Part shown: one piece after another, positions 62,818 to 63,864 of the stretch
Layout of the letters: each line of letters begins with the position of its first letter
Position numbering within the stretch: the first letter of the stretch is position 1
Assembly (NCBI GenBank): GCA_034780895.1
Contig: JAUZTB010000065.1
Location: 27,636,144 to 27,700,007 of the forward strand
Length of the DNA stretch: 63,864 bases
Reading direction: 5' to 3'
DNA from: Rhynchobatus australiae
Lineage: Eukaryota
The notes under the pieces: model-generated
Database searches by the model: none
What the model saw: only the letters and a program-made list of their open reading frames with translations
Told to the model about the DNA's origin: nothing
Translations under genes and position numbers: made by a program

Positions 62818-63115
62818 GGGCAGGCACAGTGGTGTAGCGATTAGCGTAACACTATTACAGTGCCAGCGATCCGGGTTCAATTCCCGCCTCTGTCCGTAAG
62901 GAGTTTGCATGTTCTCCTCATGTCTGCGTGGGTTTCCTCCAGTTTCCTCCCATAATCCAAAGACGAAGGGGTTAGGAAGTTGTGGGCATGCTATGTTGGC
63001 ACTGGAAGCGTGGCGACACTTGCGGGCTCTCCCAGGTCACTCTATGCAAAAGATGCATTTCACTGTGTGTTTCGATGTACATGTGACTAATAAAGACATC
63101 TTATATCTTTTTATC
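62818..63115 (+). mobile_element. V-SINE, full length, nested in RTE
   Basis: A-box-like tggtgtagcgattag, B box GGTTCAATTCC at 62874-62884, V domain, Rex1-like tail. Confidence 0.9.
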
Positions 63116-63339
63116 TTATAAAAAAGTGCAGCATACCTACTGATCCGGGGAAGCTCTGGTCCATTATAATTAAAAATGGAGAAGCAACATATGGGGTGAC
63201 ACTGAGAACTTCCAGTGCATGAACTGAAGCCACTCAGAAGCGAAGTACAGATGGCAGAAGGGGCTCACCTCACCATCAGGCACCAGCCCCTCCCTACACA
63301 ATCCTCCTCACAACCCCTACACAATCCTGATCATTTGTG

Positions 63340-63864
63340 GCAGCCTGCGGGCCCCACGGTAGCCTCATCCGCCGTCTCAGAAACAGGAATGGATGCAAGG
63401 TATCCTCGATCCCGGGAGACGGCTTAAGAAGGAGGAGAACAAGGAGCTGAAGGTGGGTTAGAGGCGCCATGGAAATGCAGTTGTTCGTTCCACCAACAGC
63501 CGAAGGTCCCGAATCTCTCCCTGCAATGCGGCTCCCGGCCGCTCTGTGGCGCTGCCTCCGGCCCCCGGTCTGAGCGAGTGCGCATGTGTGGCGCGCGCGG
63601 CGCTTTGTGGGAGAGGGAAAGGTCGGCGGGCGGCTGCTGAGAGGGGAGGTGTTCTGTTCCCGGCCATGGCGTATTCGCTGGTGAGACCGATGCTGTGGAT
63701 TTGGGTGGCAGCTGATGAAAGCGGAGTGGCCAGGGTTGGCCTAGCGAGGGGAGTGAGGAGGGGCGAAGGGGTGGTTGTGTATGGAGAGGGTGAGTGGAGG
63801 AGGGGAGTGAGGGGTGGGCGAGGATAGGGAGGAGGGACCAAGGGGTTGTTGTGCAAGCAGGGGC
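63340..63864. promoter_or_regulatory. CpG island, probable bidirectional promoter
   Basis: The only GC- and CpG-rich segment in the window. It has GC-box-like ggcggg, NRF1-like tgcgcatgtg at 63579 and a Kozak ATG at 63666. Confidence 0.85.
63666..63680 (+). CDS. Probable first coding exon (MAYSL) of an unidentified plus-strand gene
   Basis: gccATGG Kozak context, ATG GCG TAT TCG CTG, then donor CTG|gtgaga and G-rich intron-like sequence. Confidence 0.65.

Larger units (their letters stand above)
60940..63430 (+). mobile_element. RTE-clade LINE 3' half, fragmented by nested insertions
   Basis: QLQEK...PLHMSFLTSQK (RQLQEKC...AFFDLTKAF-like), VDHFPYLRSH, LYSELHRGKRLPGGQRKQFKD; 3' tail homologous to 2150-2187. 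Confidence 0.85.

Noticed and set aside
62818-62890. tRNA gene
   Set aside because: It is the tRNA-derived head of a V-SINE and continues into SINE body and tail.
63666-63680. Naming the MAYSL gene (e.g. HDAC2, which starts MAYSQ)
   Set aside because: Five residues are not enough, and HDAC2 continues GGGKKKVCYYYDG, which is not present after the ATG here.
63458-63856. 132-aa Pro-rich and 93-aa Gly/Arg-rich ORFs
   Set aside because: Expected stop-codon scarcity in a GC-rich island; the composition is low complexity.
1-63864. CRISPR arrays, operons, rRNA or prokaryotic defence systems
   Set aside because: The sequence is CpG-depleted, intron-rich vertebrate-type DNA with no repeat-spacer arrays or long uninterrupted ORFs.

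Overview
Draft-quality eukaryotic DNA with many N gaps. The repeat content (HE1-type V-SINEs, SacSINE1/DeuSINE, CR1, L2, Rex1/Babar, RTE, Tx1-like, Penelope-like and Harbinger relics) points to a cartilaginous fish; that assignment is inferred from recalled repeat families. Almost every ORF in the supplied track is spurious, repeat-derived or spans Ns. Reading splice signals by hand gives a multi-exon minus-strand gene that the track misses. Its phase-compatible exons run from 51637 to 21770 and encode a protein I cannot name. One exon has a GG instead of AG acceptor, and the candidate 3' exons (19393-16245, possibly 4672-4196) cannot be threaded without stops, so the gene may be decaying. It probably starts at the CpG island at the right end, which also holds a likely first coding exon (MAYSL) of a divergent plus-strand gene. 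A Penelope-like insertion with a target-site duplication carries a near-intact minimal hammerhead ribozyme at 17087-17124, with decayed relatives across the window. Several templated or inverted rearrangements are also visible. Repeat boundaries were set by eye and are approximate.
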